A stretch of 64,000 nt of DNA, from assembly GCA_051294375.1 (NCBI GenBank), contig CM119271.1, positions 10,345,427 to 10,409,426 on the forward strand, written 5' to 3'. The position numbers were made by a program, and so were the translations under genes. Under the pieces are notes generated by a model. That model did not search any database. It was not told the DNA's origin and was given only the letters and a program-made list of their open reading frames with translations. Origin of the DNA: Paraspadella gotoi. Lineage: Eukaryota > Animalia > Chaetognatha. This document shows, in pieces, positions 25,849 through 39,850 of the stretch; the stretch's first letter is position 1; each line of letters opens with the position of its first letter.

Positions 25849-27472
25849 AAAAAATATTTTCTCTAAAATTACACTGTAAAACAAGTAATCATTGTACCTC
25901 AGACTCAGAGACAAGCGGAAATTTGTATCTTTCGTCTGAGAATAATACGTATACAATTAGTATATAGTGGCTTCCTGATTTGTGGGAATTAACTCTCTGT
26001 TTCTTCGCTTTTTTAAAATCTGTTTTATTTTCGGTTTTTTTTTTTTTTTGGTTTTGATCAACTTTTGTCCGCGACGTTGAAGCGATATTAATCGCTTCGT
26101 TGTTTAACCTTTTGTTCGAAAAAAAGTCGATATATTTTTTTTTTAAATTTAAAAAAAAATTAGAAATAGTCGAAAGCAATCCTAACGACGTCGTTTCGTT
26201 GCTAAGCGATTTTCCTTATTTTGTTTTGGTTTTTAAAATTATTGACGAAAAAATTTTGAAGAATTTTTTGAGATTTTTTGAATTTTTTTTTTTTTTTTAA
26301 ATTCGCGTATTTCCTTCGTTCGTGAGGGGAAGAACCAGAATCGGGATTTTCAAATTTTTTCTTTGAGAATCGTTTCTTTTTTAAATCTCGGTTTTAAACG
26401 TGCTTTACTGCAAAATTGGGTTCTTTTTCTTGCTCATTCCGTTATAATCCTCTTTTTTTATTTTCCGGTTATTAATTTCAACCGTTAGTTTTTAAAAGGT
26501 CAAAACGAAAATTGATTTTATTTATTTTTCAAAGAGGGGGGGGAGAGAATTGGTGAGAAAAAAAAATTTAAACGCCGTCTCCGTGAAGCTTTGACTAAAA
26601 CTACCGATTATCATTAATAAATAGGATTTATTGTATTTTTTTTTCTTCTAATCGCGATTTTTGTTTTGTTTTGTTTTTGTTTTTTTTTGTTTACAAACGT
26701 ATTTCGTGTGTTTCTTTTTTTTTATTTTCGAAAAAAAAAGCGAAAAATTCAAAAAAAAATGTTCTCTTTTTTTCTTGTACTTGAGTGACGATGTAATTCC
26801 GTTATATGCGGGAAGTGTGAGAGATTTAAAGAGATACAAAAAAAGATTTTTTTTTTAAATTGGGAAATATTTTTTTTTTTGGGGGGGGGAAGGGGTTTTT
26901 CGTTTTGTTTTGTTTTCCGTTATTTCTCGTTGTATTAATATAAAAAAAAAAAAGATTTGACATGCGAGGGACCCGGGACGTCGACTGTACTTTTTATAGC
27001 GAGCTCGTAACAAGAGAAGACGCCGCCGGAATGTGATTCCCCGTTCGCCGGGATTCGTCGGCGTCCGAGGGGCGAGAAGCCGTAATTGAGGAGCAGCACC
27101 CGTCGCAGATGCAGCGGAGGCCGATGCCACGGGCGTCGCGGGTGCCGGAGACGCCGGCGAGGCCCTGGACGCGACCGGCGCCGGCGACGACGCCGGAGAG
27201 GGAGGTCGCCGGGGCGGCGCGGGCGCGGTCGCGCCTCCCCGTCTCGAAGAAAACGTCGCCCTTCCTTCCTCCGACAGAGTCCCTTGTTCCTTTGTTCTTC
27301 GGTCCCTTCGAGCGGCGGGCGGGGTCGTGTTGGATTCGCCGGAAGGCGGCGCGACGCGTCGCGGTCGTTCCTCTCACTCCGAAGGCTCTAAGACGGATTT
27401 CCGAACAGAAGATCAACTCCATCTTAGACGTTCGCCGATCGGAGATCATCGAAGATTCTTCGAGAGTAGCAT

Positions 27473-27573
<101 letters not shown>

Positions 27574-28308
27574 TTAAATCATGATGAGATGGACGGGAAA
27601 GGCATAAACTCCAGTTTCGAAATCTCACAAAAAGAGAAAAATGAACAACAAAGTCGAAGCGAGGATCGCGATTCGTTGAATTTTTAAATTTTGATTAGCG
27701 GACCGACCGAGAAAAAATGTAAACATGGAAATAAAAAAAAAAGAAAGAAATTAGAATTATAGCGAGAGGAACTGAAATTCGGCCGACAAAACAAATAAAG
27801 AATGGAAATAGAGAATGAAAGAAATAATTCTATACAAAGAGTTAATGGTTATTTTGTTTTTAAATTTGCTTCAAGATTTAGATATGTCATGGCTTTTTAA
27901 ACCTTCACCACTACGTAAAATGTTTTTTTTATTTTTTACCGTCTTTTTCATAAATATAGTAAAAAATCTAAAATGCACTGACCGGACTAATAGCGTTTTA
28001 AGTTTCGCCGATCCATAGTCAACAAACCAAGAAACATATTATCAATGAACAATGGAATGCTGAAAAGCAAAAAAACCTAAAAAACATCGTGAGGTAAAAA
28101 AAAATGACAAAAATAGCCACAGCCGCTAAATTAGAATCGCTCAACGAAACAACTAAAACTTTACTAAAAAAAAACATAAAGAAGCAAAACGAAGAAAAAA
28201 ACAAAGAAAAAAAAATTCTTCAAGAGGAAAAATGTAAACATTGTCTGGACGAATAAAGAACGAGGAGCCATGAATATTTGATACCCGAAATAGAAGTCGT
28301 CGTGGTCG

Positions 28309-28340
<32 letters not shown>

Positions 28341-29840
28341 CTGGTTGAAATGGCGTCGACGCCAGAGGTCGATGATGCAAAGAAAGACGCGACGCGCGTG
28401 CGAGGGCGTCGAGAGCCGCGTGCGAGGTGCTAGCACAGGGGAAGCGACAGAGTCTGTGAAGAGGTGCGAGCAGAGGGGGGACGAAAGGGCACGTGAATTA
28501 GGTGCGAACAGAGAGGCACAGGGGGCTCGAGTGAGAGATAGTTGGGAGCAAAGGAGGCGACTGACTAGTGTTTGTAGGGAGCAGATGGCATTCTGAAGAA
28601 CGTGAGAGAGTTTTTCAGGAAGTCTTCGAGGAAAGGAGGGAGCAGAATGTTGCAATGCAGAAATGGCTTAACCGTCTTGTAGTGATTTGCGTGTGATTTG
28701 CGTGGGATTTGCGCGCAGGCTTCCTGCGTATCAAGTGCGATCAGAGAATCATTAAGGCCTCTGAATTCAGGTAAGGCGCCAGCTGGGCGAGGTGAAAAGA
28801 GGTGAGTTGTTTGCGCATCCGACTTTAACGTGGATTAGCTGGTGAATTAGAATCACGTTTCACAACGAGACAAAAAAAAATGCTGGCGTATGCATGGCTC
28901 GTTTCCTCCTCTTTTGACAAAAGATTTTTTCCTTTCCTTTTTAACGTTTTTAATAGCGCGATTAATTTTAAACAGGTGATGCAAGATCGACGTATGAAAG
29001 CCGCTAGGCGGCGTATAAAGGAAAGGAAGAGCGTCCCAGCTAACATCATCCCTATGTTCGCGGTTCGAAGGCGCGTTCCTGATCTCATTCGCAGCGCGAA
29101 CGAAACGCATCATTCTTTTTTTTTGTTTCCTCTCTCTCTCTCTCTCTCTCTCATGCTCCGGTCTCCCACGACAACTCCTTCACACAAACCTCGTCTCTCT
29201 CCTCGGCGTCTCCGAATCTTCTCTCGCTCTTCTCTCGTTCTCTCTCTCTCTCTCTTTTCACGTTTTTTGTGTCAGAATCGATAAAAACGGGAATAGGGGC
29301 AAGGATGTCGTCGGCTACGATTTTCATTATTCTTTTCACTTTTTCGTTTTCGCGCGCGCGGGATATATATTCCTCTTGTCCATCCTTTTTTTTATTATTA
29401 TTATTATCGCGCGTTTCCCTATTTTACCATTGGCCATTCCTTTCTTCTTTTTTTTTTGTACATTTCCTTATTTCCGCCTTTTCTCTTTACTCCCTCAAAT
29501 TCTCATGATTTTTTTTAATTTTTGATTATTAATTTTTCACTTTTAAATTCTAATTTCTCGTTTCCCCATTTTACCTCATCGACATTTTCCCAATCCCCAT
29601 GTCTCAATTTCACAGATGTCTCTTCGCCCGCACCTGTATCACAAAAGAAATGGCGTTTGGAGCAAATCACGACATCAAATCTCGGTATTCAAATAATAGT
29701 CTCTTTTTACATAGACAATTTGATGAGAGATTTAATAGTATATAATAATAGTATATATAAGTATATATATCAATTTCTAATAATTATTAAGGGAATGTCC
29801 AGTAAGATTTATTGATTGTTAAATATTCCACCCAAAGGGT

Positions 29841-30029
29841 GGTGGGCCAATCCCGGAGGTACTGCAATACCGGGCTGACCCGTGGAGGAGGCCGTGCAAG
29901 CACTGAGCGCTCCTCCGATGCTCAAAAATCAGTTTAATATTCTGGGCCCGCAGTGCGGACCGTATCAGATATTAAGCTGATAAGAACAGATACTACACTT
30001 TGATCTTAGCCAAAAGGCCGAGAAGCGAT
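29841..30029 (-). ncRNA. RNU2: U2 spliceosomal snRNA, copy 2
   Basis: Identical to copy 1 over 189 nt by direct comparison; offset 5890 bp. Confidence 0.97.
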
Positions 30030-30080
30030 AACTTGAAAATCAAAAATCTTTCTTTCTATTCCTAATGTCTTTTTCAATAT

Positions 30081-30120
30081 GCTCGTTCGAACAGTTTAAT
30101 CATTGACAAGTTGATTAAGA
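30081..30120 (-). promoter_or_regulatory. Proximal promoter (PSE-like) elements of U2 copy 2
   Basis: gctcgttc at -52..-59 and caagttgattaaga at -78..-91. Confidence 0.65.
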
Positions 30121-30289
30121 TTTTTTATTGAAAATACCCCATTTTTCCAAAATTTTATGAGTTAATGTAAAAATTATTCGTGTAAGTAATAATTTTGTTC
30201 AAGGATAACTTTATAAAATGAAATTCCACACAAAAATAAAGAGATATTTTATGAAACACAGCATATGAACAAGAAAATCTCGACCCAAT

Positions 30290-30331
30290 ATGCAAATATA
30301 AATCTGAGCCTCAATCCTCTCTAAACAAAAG
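30290..30331 (-). promoter_or_regulatory. Distal element (DSE-like) of U2 copy 2 with octamer
   Basis: ATGCAAAT at -261..-268, followed by agcctcaatc and aaacaaaag. Confidence 0.65.
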
Positions 30332-30673
30332 ACAACCCGCTTGTAAGACCTGTTCTGACTCAGAATCTGAGCTCAGCCTGAAGACCAAGACCGAGACTCG
30401 TAATTACCTAACTTGAAATTTAGATTGTTCATTTTGTATTCATAACTAATTTATTTTTACTTTCTCATCAATTTTTTCCATATTTCTTTCTTTCTCCCTC
30501 TGTTCATTTTATTCTAAACTAATTATTGCCCTGCTTCCATTTTCGGTGAAACAACCACCTAGTAACAGCGCGAAACAGCCGTTGCCATAAACAAATAGTA
30601 AAAATGTTTTCCTCTTTATCTCACTCATTTAAGCAAAGTTTGAAAATAATTTCATCAACGATTTTATTTGTGT

Positions 30674-30715
30674 ACGGACATGTTTCGACTCTTTATTTCG
30701 AGTCTTCATCAGCGT
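30674..30715 (-). ncRNA. Minimal type I hammerhead ribozyme motif (Penelope-like element associated type)
   Basis: Minus strand: ACG-CTGATGA-A-GACTC-gaaataaa-GAGTC-GAA-ACATGT-C-CGT. This gives the catalytic core, a 5-bp stem II, palindromic ACATGT stem III, a GUC cleavage triplet and a 3-bp stem I. Confidence 0.65.
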
Positions 30716-31598
30716 TAATGAAATAGTAAAATAGTAAAAAAATTTCCTCTTTATCTCACTCATTATATATCTTAACCTACTACTTTTTATATCATTTTCT
30801 AAACTCCTTCCATCTTGCCTTTCCATACCATAGAAAGTCATAATGGGAATAAAGGACGAACAAAGACAAAGCGACAAAATCCCCAGATTTTCAAGTCTCG
30901 CGAGTCGAGACGCTCCGTCCCGACTCAAGGCCGAGTCCCTACCTCGAAGCCCCGGCGAGAGACCACTTAAAAGCGGAATATGGAAAATTTTAAGAAAATG
31001 GGCTGGTGGCCGCGGAAATAGGTGTAAAACTGTTTAGGAGCGATTTAAAAGTGGACCGGTACATTGTTTCGTTTTTTTTAAAATCAAATTAAAGCCTCTG
31101 AGGGAGAACAGTTTTTAGCGGAATTTGGAAAAGACAAGTGGAGTGGCTGCGGAGATAGGTGTGAATTTTGTTTTGGAGCGTTTTAGAGAACTGCTAGTGC
31201 CGCCTATATTTTTTTTTAAATATACAATTAACAGTACTGATACTTTAAACTTAGATAAAAAAAAAAGGAATGAAGATTTGAATTTGCTAAATTCTGAAAT
31301 TCTGAAATACAATATCCGTAATCTATAATTGTGACTGCCCTTACATTCACAATCTTTAAAATCTCCGCGAAAAAAAAAGAACATTTCTGCGCAGTCATTT
31401 TCGAGTGCAATAGAACATATTTTTTTTTTAAACTAAATCATTTAGATTTGAATTCTACGACTGAAAGGCGAAACAAGAAACGTTTGATCTCATCATTCTT
31501 GTCCGTCATTAATCGTTTTGACTTCTACTAATTTACGTTGTTTGAAATTCTCTCTCTCTTCGCAACGAAGAGAAGGGCGAAATGATAACGATTAAATC

Positions 31599-31722
<124 letters not shown>

Positions 31723-32189
31723 CCCAGAGAGAGAGAGATACCTTCGTACGTCGAGTGCGACGACCTTCAAAGATTCACTTTCACTTCCTTTTACACGAAG
31801 GGATTGTCTAATGCCAGCAACGTAGAGACAGAGAGTGGAGAAACAGAGAAAGCAAGAAAGACAGAGAGCGAGAGACTGGATCATGAAGACCGATGGCGCC
31901 GACTATGGTGATTTAGAATAATGGAGAAAGCGCGGGAAACTGAGAGAGAGAGGGAGAGAGAGAGAGAGAGAAACGTTATATCAAACATAATTAATTCATT
32001 CGTCAAACTCGACTTCTGCAATGAAACGGGCGTCGACTTTTAGAAATTTCTAAAAATATTCAAAATATTCTCGGTTCCGTTTCCAACTTCCAGAGAGACG
32101 AAGGGGGGGAGGCAAAGGCGGGCATCGAGTCCCGCTCGAAAAAAGCCCGGGGTCGAATTGTCCATTATCATCCTTTTTTTTTTTTGGGC

Positions 32190-32870
32190 AACTCGAGACC
32201 AAGTAACACTTCCTTGTTCTTGAGGGTCAAAGTCATATTTTTTTTTATATCGGTGGTCGCGAAACATTTACTCGTAAACATAAGTCAGGGTTTATTTTTT
32301 TTTCAGTGGTCGCGAGAAGGACTTTCTTCTTCTTTTTTTAAAGGCGCCTGGGCATCTCGGCTTCGGATTAATTTTGTATTAAGTTTTTAACTTTCACGAT
32401 TAAGTTAAGAGGTTAGGTCAGGATTAGTGATTAGGATTAAGGTTAAGATTACGTATTTGGCAGGAGATTATTGTTAGATATTATAGTTTAAATTAAGTTC
32501 GCAAATTAGGAAGAGGAATTTGGCGCTTTCGGAATATGACGTCGATATCTTTTTTCTTCAGTGGTCGCGAGATACTTTCCTGTTCTCAATTGTCAAAGTT
32601 ATTTTTCAGATATTTTTTTTTCCAGTGGTCGCGAAACGCTTTCCTGTTGAGGAGGTCGCGATCTTTTTTTTATAGTAGTATAATACTTTATGTTACGTAG
32701 TGATCGCGAGAGACTTCCTAGTAAATATAGGTCAGAATTATATTTCTTAATACGATAAAAATTTTTATGGGTCGTTTTTTTTTGTTTTTTTTTGGAAGCG
32801 GTCGCGAAACACTTTTTCGTTCTTGATGGCGAAGGTCATTTTTTGTTAAGTGGTCGAAACATGTTTTTTT
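32190..32870. repeat. Degenerate tandem repeat, about 50-65 bp units with a GTGGTCGCGA core
   Basis: Core at 32253, 32306, 32561 and 32625, with variants at 32652, 32700, 32798 and 32850; most are preceded by a T-run. Confidence 0.7.
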
Positions 32871-33591
32871 TCTTTTCCATTAAGAGTTGAGGTCATTCTT
32901 GTCCTCTGTAAGACACAAGTTTCCTCTGTCGTAATAAGGTCTTGGGATTAATGTCTTTTCATATTTTCATGGACCCTTTTCCTCGAGAGGAAGGGGTCGA
33001 ATTTATCCTTTTAAGGGCAGAGTGGAGAGGTGAACACTTTTTTGCTTTAATGAAAACGATCTAATAATACGATTTTAAAGATTTTGTTTTCCATACATAC
33101 AGCGCAAAATTTGCAACAGTCAACAGTTCATTGTTGTCCGTCACTCTAAAGTATCTTTTGTTCGCCGCTCAGCCTTTTTTTTTTACTAGAGACACCTATA
33201 GTCAAGAATCAAGATCACACTCTCCGTCACTTCCCCGTCTTAGTTTTTTTTCCCATCTCCTTTTCCTTTCAGGTTACGTAACACACTTCTTTCCATCCAG
33301 AAGGGGTTTGGGGGGGGGGCGTCCGCCGGAACGCCCTCGCCGACTCTCTCTCTCTCCCGGCCTCCCTAGAATCTCATTTGCATATTCGAGTTTAGAAACG
33401 CCCAAACGACAATGGCTCATCAGATCGCATTCCGTTCGACGCCGGCGACGAAGGGGAGGCCTTCGAGGAGTCGAGGAGGAGGAGGAGAGGAGGAGGAGGA
33501 GGAGGAAGGAGAAAAAAGAGGAAGGGACTGAGACAAGAGCCAGATTACGGCTTTTCCCCTTCGAAGAAGGAAGTTCGGATCGGCGGGGAGA

Positions 33592-33677
<86 letters not shown>

Positions 33678-34629
33678 CAAGGAAAACCGGGACGGAGAGA
33701 TAGAACGCTTTGCTATCGAGAACCCAAAACTCCGAGAGGTCACGTGAGTTTTTTTACAGCGAAAGAAAAAGACAAAAAGTGTTTGGGATTAGGAAAGAAT
33801 TTTGAGGTGAAAGAGAAAACTTTTTTTTTTTTTTGTTTTGTTTTTTTTTTTTTTTTTTTTTGTAAAGGGGGAAGTTATGGTTGGAACTGAAATGGTTTTA
33901 AGATTAGTAGGGGAGGAATCGTTTGGTGCATGGAATTCGAAAGAAGTCGGAACAGTTAGGGAAAAATCTCACGATCTTTTTTTTTTTCAACATAGCAATT
34001 ATTTTGAATTAGATAGTAACTGCAACATTAACCAAAATCACAAGAAAATTGGGGGTTTTTTTTCGTTTTGTTTTGTTTTTTTAACATAGAAATTAATTTT
34101 TACAGAATCTTTTTTATGGAATCCAATCCTCTTACTACTACTTGATATAACATAAACCGAAGTAAAATAGGAAAAAGTGGGAGGAGCCTTCGGCCTCGAG
34201 AGAGTCTTTGAACTTTCTCCTTTCTTTTCTTTTTTTCTTTTTCCTTTTTTTTTCTCCTTCCTCCTTTCCTCCCCTTTTCCCATCTTCCACTCTACTCTCT
34301 TTCCACTTTTCGGACTTCATTTTCCTCACTCTCTCTCTGTCTCTCTATCTCTCTCTCTCATACATTCTTTTTGTCTTGACCCTATCTCTAGTACCCAATC
34401 CCCGCTCCCTACCCCTTTACCCCTTCAACCCTGCCGCCTTTCCCCTTCATTCTTTCCCCTACCCCTACCCCTGCCCCTCCTTCCCCCCGCACTCTCATCA
34501 TCAACTTGAGACTCATCAGTTCCCTTCGAATCCCAAACGATCATCGGTTTTAACGCCTTCCCCTGTACCAATAAACTATTACGTCGTTGGAGTGTCCCTT
34601 CCTTCCTTGCCGCTTTTTTTTTTGGGGGG

Positions 34630-35225
34630 GGGAGAGACCCTAATTTCCTTTTTTGCTTTTCTTTCCCTTTTCTTTTTCCTGATTTCCCTTCATTCCTATC
34701 CCTTCTTTCCCTTCTTTTTTTTGGATACCCTTCTTTCCTTTTTCCCCTGCTTTTCCTTCTTTCCCTTCTTTTCCTTCTCTCCTTTCCCTTCTTTCCATAC
34801 TTTTTTATGGGAGATCCTTCTTTCCTTCTTTCCCTACTTTCCTTTCTTTCCTTTCCCTTCTTTCCCTACTTTTTTAGGAAAAGCTTCTTTCATTCTTTCC
34901 CTTCTTTCTTTTCCTTTCTTTCCCTACTTTTTAGGAGACCCTTCTTTCCTTCTTTCCTTCTTTTCCTTCTTTCCTTTCTTTTCTTTCCCTTTTTTTTGGA
35001 TACCCTTCTTTCCTTTTTTCCCTGCTTTTCCTTCTTTCCCTGCTTTCTCTTCTTTCCTTTACCTTCGTTCCATATTTTTTTATTGGCAATCCTTCTTTCC
35101 TTCTTTCCCTGCTTTCCCTTCTTTCCTTTCCCTTCTTTCCCTACTTTTTTAGGAGACGCTACTTTCCTTTGTTTCCCTGCTTTCCCTTCTTTCATTTTCT
35201 TTCTTTCCCTGCCTTTTTTTTCCTA
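34630..35225. repeat. Pyrimidine-rich degenerate minisatellite
   Basis: Recurrent gga.a.ccttctttccttctttccct.ctt units. Confidence 0.75.
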
Positions 35226-36452
35226 CCCAGTACCCACCCAGGTATCATATCCTTACTTTTTCAGTGGCAGCTAATAAGTTATCCCACCTTTTTTTAGTCT
35301 CGAAAACAAAGGCGCCGACTAAGACATCAACGGTCGCCTTACCATGGCGTGAGTAGGCGCCAAGGACGCCGTTTGCGGACGACAGCAACGGTGGCAATTG
35401 ACAGCAAATGGGAGTGGCCAGAATGGACGTTAAATCAAAACACGTTTCAGGGGTTGACGTGGGTCAGAAAATCCCCAAAACAGACGCCAAAGTAAGTATA
35501 TATGAAATTGGTACAACTAATATATTATATATTGGTATATATATAATATAATATTATATATTATATAGCCTTCGCGATCCCTGGATTTTGACCAATAAAC
35601 CTACGCTTTAGCCAAAACTTTTGCCCCACAAATCCTTAAAACTTTCACCCTTATTTTGAATTTCCGATTTTTCCGTTGCCCCGCACCCCCGCCCCCCCTT
35701 CCCGACCCCCAGCCTGCGATCCCTCCACATGTCCAACAGGGTGTTTCGACTCTTCGTTCGATGATCAGACGCTTTTTGGGGAGTACAGGGGACGGTGGGG
35801 TAGGCGGGGCAGGGTAGGGGGGGGCAAAGCCTCACGAAAATGGACACAAATCTCTTTTCTCTTGAGGTCGAGCTGACCCAGCGGCTAATGAAGGCAAGAG
35901 AGGAAGGACTGTGGAAATAGCAGGGGCGGACCTTATGACCATATGGTACGGGTCATTTGGCTATCGGCATTGGATGCTGATTTGGTGTCTCAAACTCGTC
36001 CAGACCGCCCTCAGAAAGAAGCTAATGGGGTCATTAATGGCAATGATGAAAAGCTCACGATAATGGACGTACAATTGTACAAATGTGAATGCTTGTTTCC
36101 GGCATTTATTCGTTTCATTTTAAATATTTATATAAATGAAGTAGCAATCAATGTATTAATTCACAATAGCTTATTCACATTTCTACTGGATTTTATGCGC
36201 GATTATGCCAGACTTCCTGACACTTGGGTATCGGATAATCCGTGTTAAAAAGTGACTTACACAAACAAAAGATATCGTTAATGCAATTTCGAACGAAATC
36301 GACCTAAAAAAAACATCCGCCAGATGTCATTAAGTCACGACACCAAAGAAATATTTATTTTACCTCTCCTCGCTATCATCAACGGCGCATGCGCGGTTCT
36401 GGATCCCGAGATTGACCACATTACGCCCCGACGCTCTGTAAAGCCTCGCCTC

Positions 36453-36491
<39 letters not shown>

Positions 36492-36555
36492 CTCTCCTCT
36501 CTCCTCTCTCTCTCTCTGGAAGCCCCGCCTCCGCCTTTCTCTCTCTCCCCTTGGG

Positions 36556-36594
<39 letters not shown>

Positions 36595-39500
36595 CTCTCT
36601 GGTAAGCCAACGCTCCGCTCTTTCTCTCTCTCTCTCTATCTCATGTCCTCTCTCTTCTCTCTTGAAGCCTCGCCTCCGTCTTTCTCTCTTCCCTCCCCTC
36701 CTCTCTCTCTCCTCTCTCTCTCTCTCCTTCTCTCCTCTTTCTTAGCGTCGAACTCTTATCCCTCCGTTGCCGCCCAACCCCCCGGCACCCACGCCCTCTC
36801 TCAGTATCTCCTTCTCCCACCCCTCTACCTTCCCAACTCTTTGGTTAATCCGCTCCCCCCCTACCCTCCCCCGCTCTTCCCCGGCGTCTGACCCACTCTC
36901 GGTCCAACCGGATGAGAAGTGGGCGTGGCTCCCATTCCGAACGCCGCGTTTTTTTCTTTTTATTTTGGAGGAGGGATGGGGGGGTTTGAAAGGTCTTCCC
37001 ATTCGATAAACGCGATGAGGTCCGTACGGACCGTATAACCGATCGGGTGACGCCTGAAGGCTGGAAATCGCGAAGTCACTGACGACGAAGTAGCGACGTC
37101 GCGCGACCTATCGACAAAAATGGCGGACGCCCTAACGTCGTCTTCTAAAAGGAGGAGGATGAAGAAGGAGTAAGAAGAAGGAAGTAAGAAAGAAGAAGAA
37201 GAAGAAGCAGAAGAAGACGAAGACAGAAGAAAGTAATCAGTGATTCGAGGAGTGAAGCTTAATCCAGGTGCAGTCTCGAGTAGAGGGAAGGGGGGATGAT
37301 ACGATTGAGTAGAACACTGGGGGGGGAGAGCTTGGGAAGGGGGGGGCGTTTTGATTTGAGAGCGATTGCGACGAAGGGACCAAGAAGAGACGAAGGAAAT
37401 GAGAGAAAGAAAAAAAATGGTAATAGGGTAAGGGAAGCTATTAAGATTTACAATGAAGAAGCGGATTTAGAAAAAATAGCAAAAAGATCTAAAGGCGAAA
37501 GGAGAGACGGCTAGTTCGGAGGAGAGAGAGGCAATGGCTTTTTATCCGCCAATCTGCCACGAAGGACGGGAACGATGCTGGCATAATTGCCGTTCTCGAG
37601 GGCAATCGATTGCTGGCATTCGCAAGCTGCGGCCCGTGATGATTTCCGAATCTCGAGTTTTTGCCCTCGCCTTGTCAGAAACAACAAACGACCGTAAACC
37701 AACTCGCACGAAAAAAAAAAAGCACCCCAGCTGTTGGCGCTAAAACTTTCGCGTATTCGTACGTGCTCGCGCTCAATCGCGTACACTTAACTAATTCGTA
37801 CGAAACGGTTCTCAAGGGGACCAGTTTCCTCAGGACTCGTAAACAGAAACTCAGTATCCATAGCGACGCTTGCAGCGCGAAGGAGTTTTAGTTTGTCGTT
37901 GTTGTTGTCATTCTTTCCAAGCCACCTCGGTTCACCTCGATTCTCTTTTTCGAAATTCCTTTTTCTCGACCTCATCCATGTCTCAATCCTAGTCTTTATC
38001 CAGGTCTCGATCCCGGTCTCTATTCGGGTCTCCATCCGGGTCGATCGAGACTCGAGACGAGACGAGACTTGAATCGGAAACAAGACGCGATTCCAGTTCC
38101 ATTAGTTGTTTTTTTTTTCTTGGCTGAGAATGCTGAAGACGACGGCCTCTTTTGTTTGTTTTTTTTTCCTCTTAAAACATTTAAAATCCCAAAAACTAAT
38201 TAGCATATAGTGGCGCGTCCCAATTTTTTGCCTCGTTTTGCTACTTTTTTTTTTTTTCAAAACAAAAAAATGTCTTCAACAAACGAACGAGAATAAAAAA
38301 AAAATCATCCCTTGGAAAGAAAATCGACTGAACGTGAAAAACTGTATCAAGAAACGTGAGTTTCCATGAATAAAAAAAAAAACAGAAAAAGGGAGTGAAC
38401 AAAAAAAAAGAAAAAAGAAAAAAAAAAGAGTACAAATTTCTAAAGGAAAAGAAAGGGGGAAGCTTAGTTTGTGATGTATCACAGAGCGGAATGATGAAAG
38501 GATTTGAAAGTGATGTATTGCGGTGGGGACGAAAATGGTGCGAGCGCGTTGAAAGGGTATAACTTTTGAATAAGAAGATGGGGGGGGGAGGGGGAGAGAT
38601 GAATGCAGGGGAGGGAAGAGATAAGACGTGACCCTAAAGACTGACCTCTACCTAAGAACGCGCAAGCGCACACTGAGCGGCAACGACTTTTTTTTTTTTT
38701 TTATCGGAATCTGTGACTGAAGTCGACGACATCTTTAAAAGAAGTGCTTTTATTTTTAGATCTTGTGTATATACCTGTGTAAAGCTGGCGGTATAAGGCT
38801 TTTTTATACTGCTTCTTTTACAATTACGGTGCGAAATTTTACGAGCGGCGCGATGGTCTCTTTCTTTCGCGGGACGTTGCCCGATAAACCTGGCTTCGAA
38901 TGCAAGACCCGTTGACTGCTGTTACGCGTTGAATCGCTGTCAGGCGTGAAATGCCGTGATGCATGAACTGTTATGGCGCGAGAACTCTTGTGATGAATGG
39001 ACTCTTGCGGCGAATAAACTGACCATTTAAGCGAAAGACTGAAAACGAAGCCTCTCACTCTCACTTTGAGCGCTGACAATATTCGAAATTGCTATAAGCG
39101 TTATACGTACTATAATTGTACTATAATTATATGAAAACTTATCTAACAAATTTCTACTTTCACAAAACGCAACCGTTGACACTTAAATATTTAACTTAAC
39201 TTGAGAAAGAAATAAAGAAACGGTCACGATTCAATAATGTTGTGAGTCGAGGCAAGTCACACACCATGGCAGTCACGTCGAGGCTCAGCACCCGTGACAA
39301 AAAAAATGGGGGGGCGTCGAAAGCCGGAAATAAAAAATGGAGAAAACGTGTCGCCTGTCGATTGACGTGTGAGCGCAGAGGACGTCGATAACGATGGCGA
39401 CGACAATGAGAACGACGTCAAACGAAAAATAGACGACGATGATGAAGATGACGATGATGGCGACGATGAAAAAGGGGCGGAGGGAGGGGCGACGAACACG

Positions 39501-39761
39501 ATAAGGTGGCGAGAGAAAGACGATGACGGGAATGTCAACGTCCGTGATGATAATACGAATGATTAAGGAATTGACTGACAACCTGAGAAAATTACAATTT
39601 ATAACAATTGTTATTAACAAAAAATGAAGAGGAGGTGAGAAATATGAAAACTAGGTGTACTTTGACCATGATATTAACAAAATCAAAACACAGTAAACGA
39701 AAAAAAGGTTATAATGACAATAATATAATGTTATACCACTTCATAGATAGGGAAGCCAGGT

Positions 39762-39850
39762 ACTCTGGGAGTGAATAAACGAGACTGTGAGAGAGTCTTG
39801 ATTGACAACATAGCTTATTTATCAAATTTTTATATTGGTTGTACCAATTT
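39762..39850 (+). mobile_element. Short dispersed repeat family, internally deleted copy
   Basis: actctgggagtgaataaacgagactgtgagagagtcttgattga...atagcttatttat...tattggttgtaccaattt. Confidence 0.7.

Noticed and set aside
32253-32860. CRISPR-like repeat/spacer look of the GTGGTCGCGA array
   Set aside because: Eukaryotic context, a core of only about 10 bp, irregular spacing, related spacers and no cas genes.
35745-35777. A further hammerhead-like string (minus strand CTGATCA...GAGTCGAAACA)
   Set aside because: Core G8 is missing, stem II does not pair and there is no palindrome.
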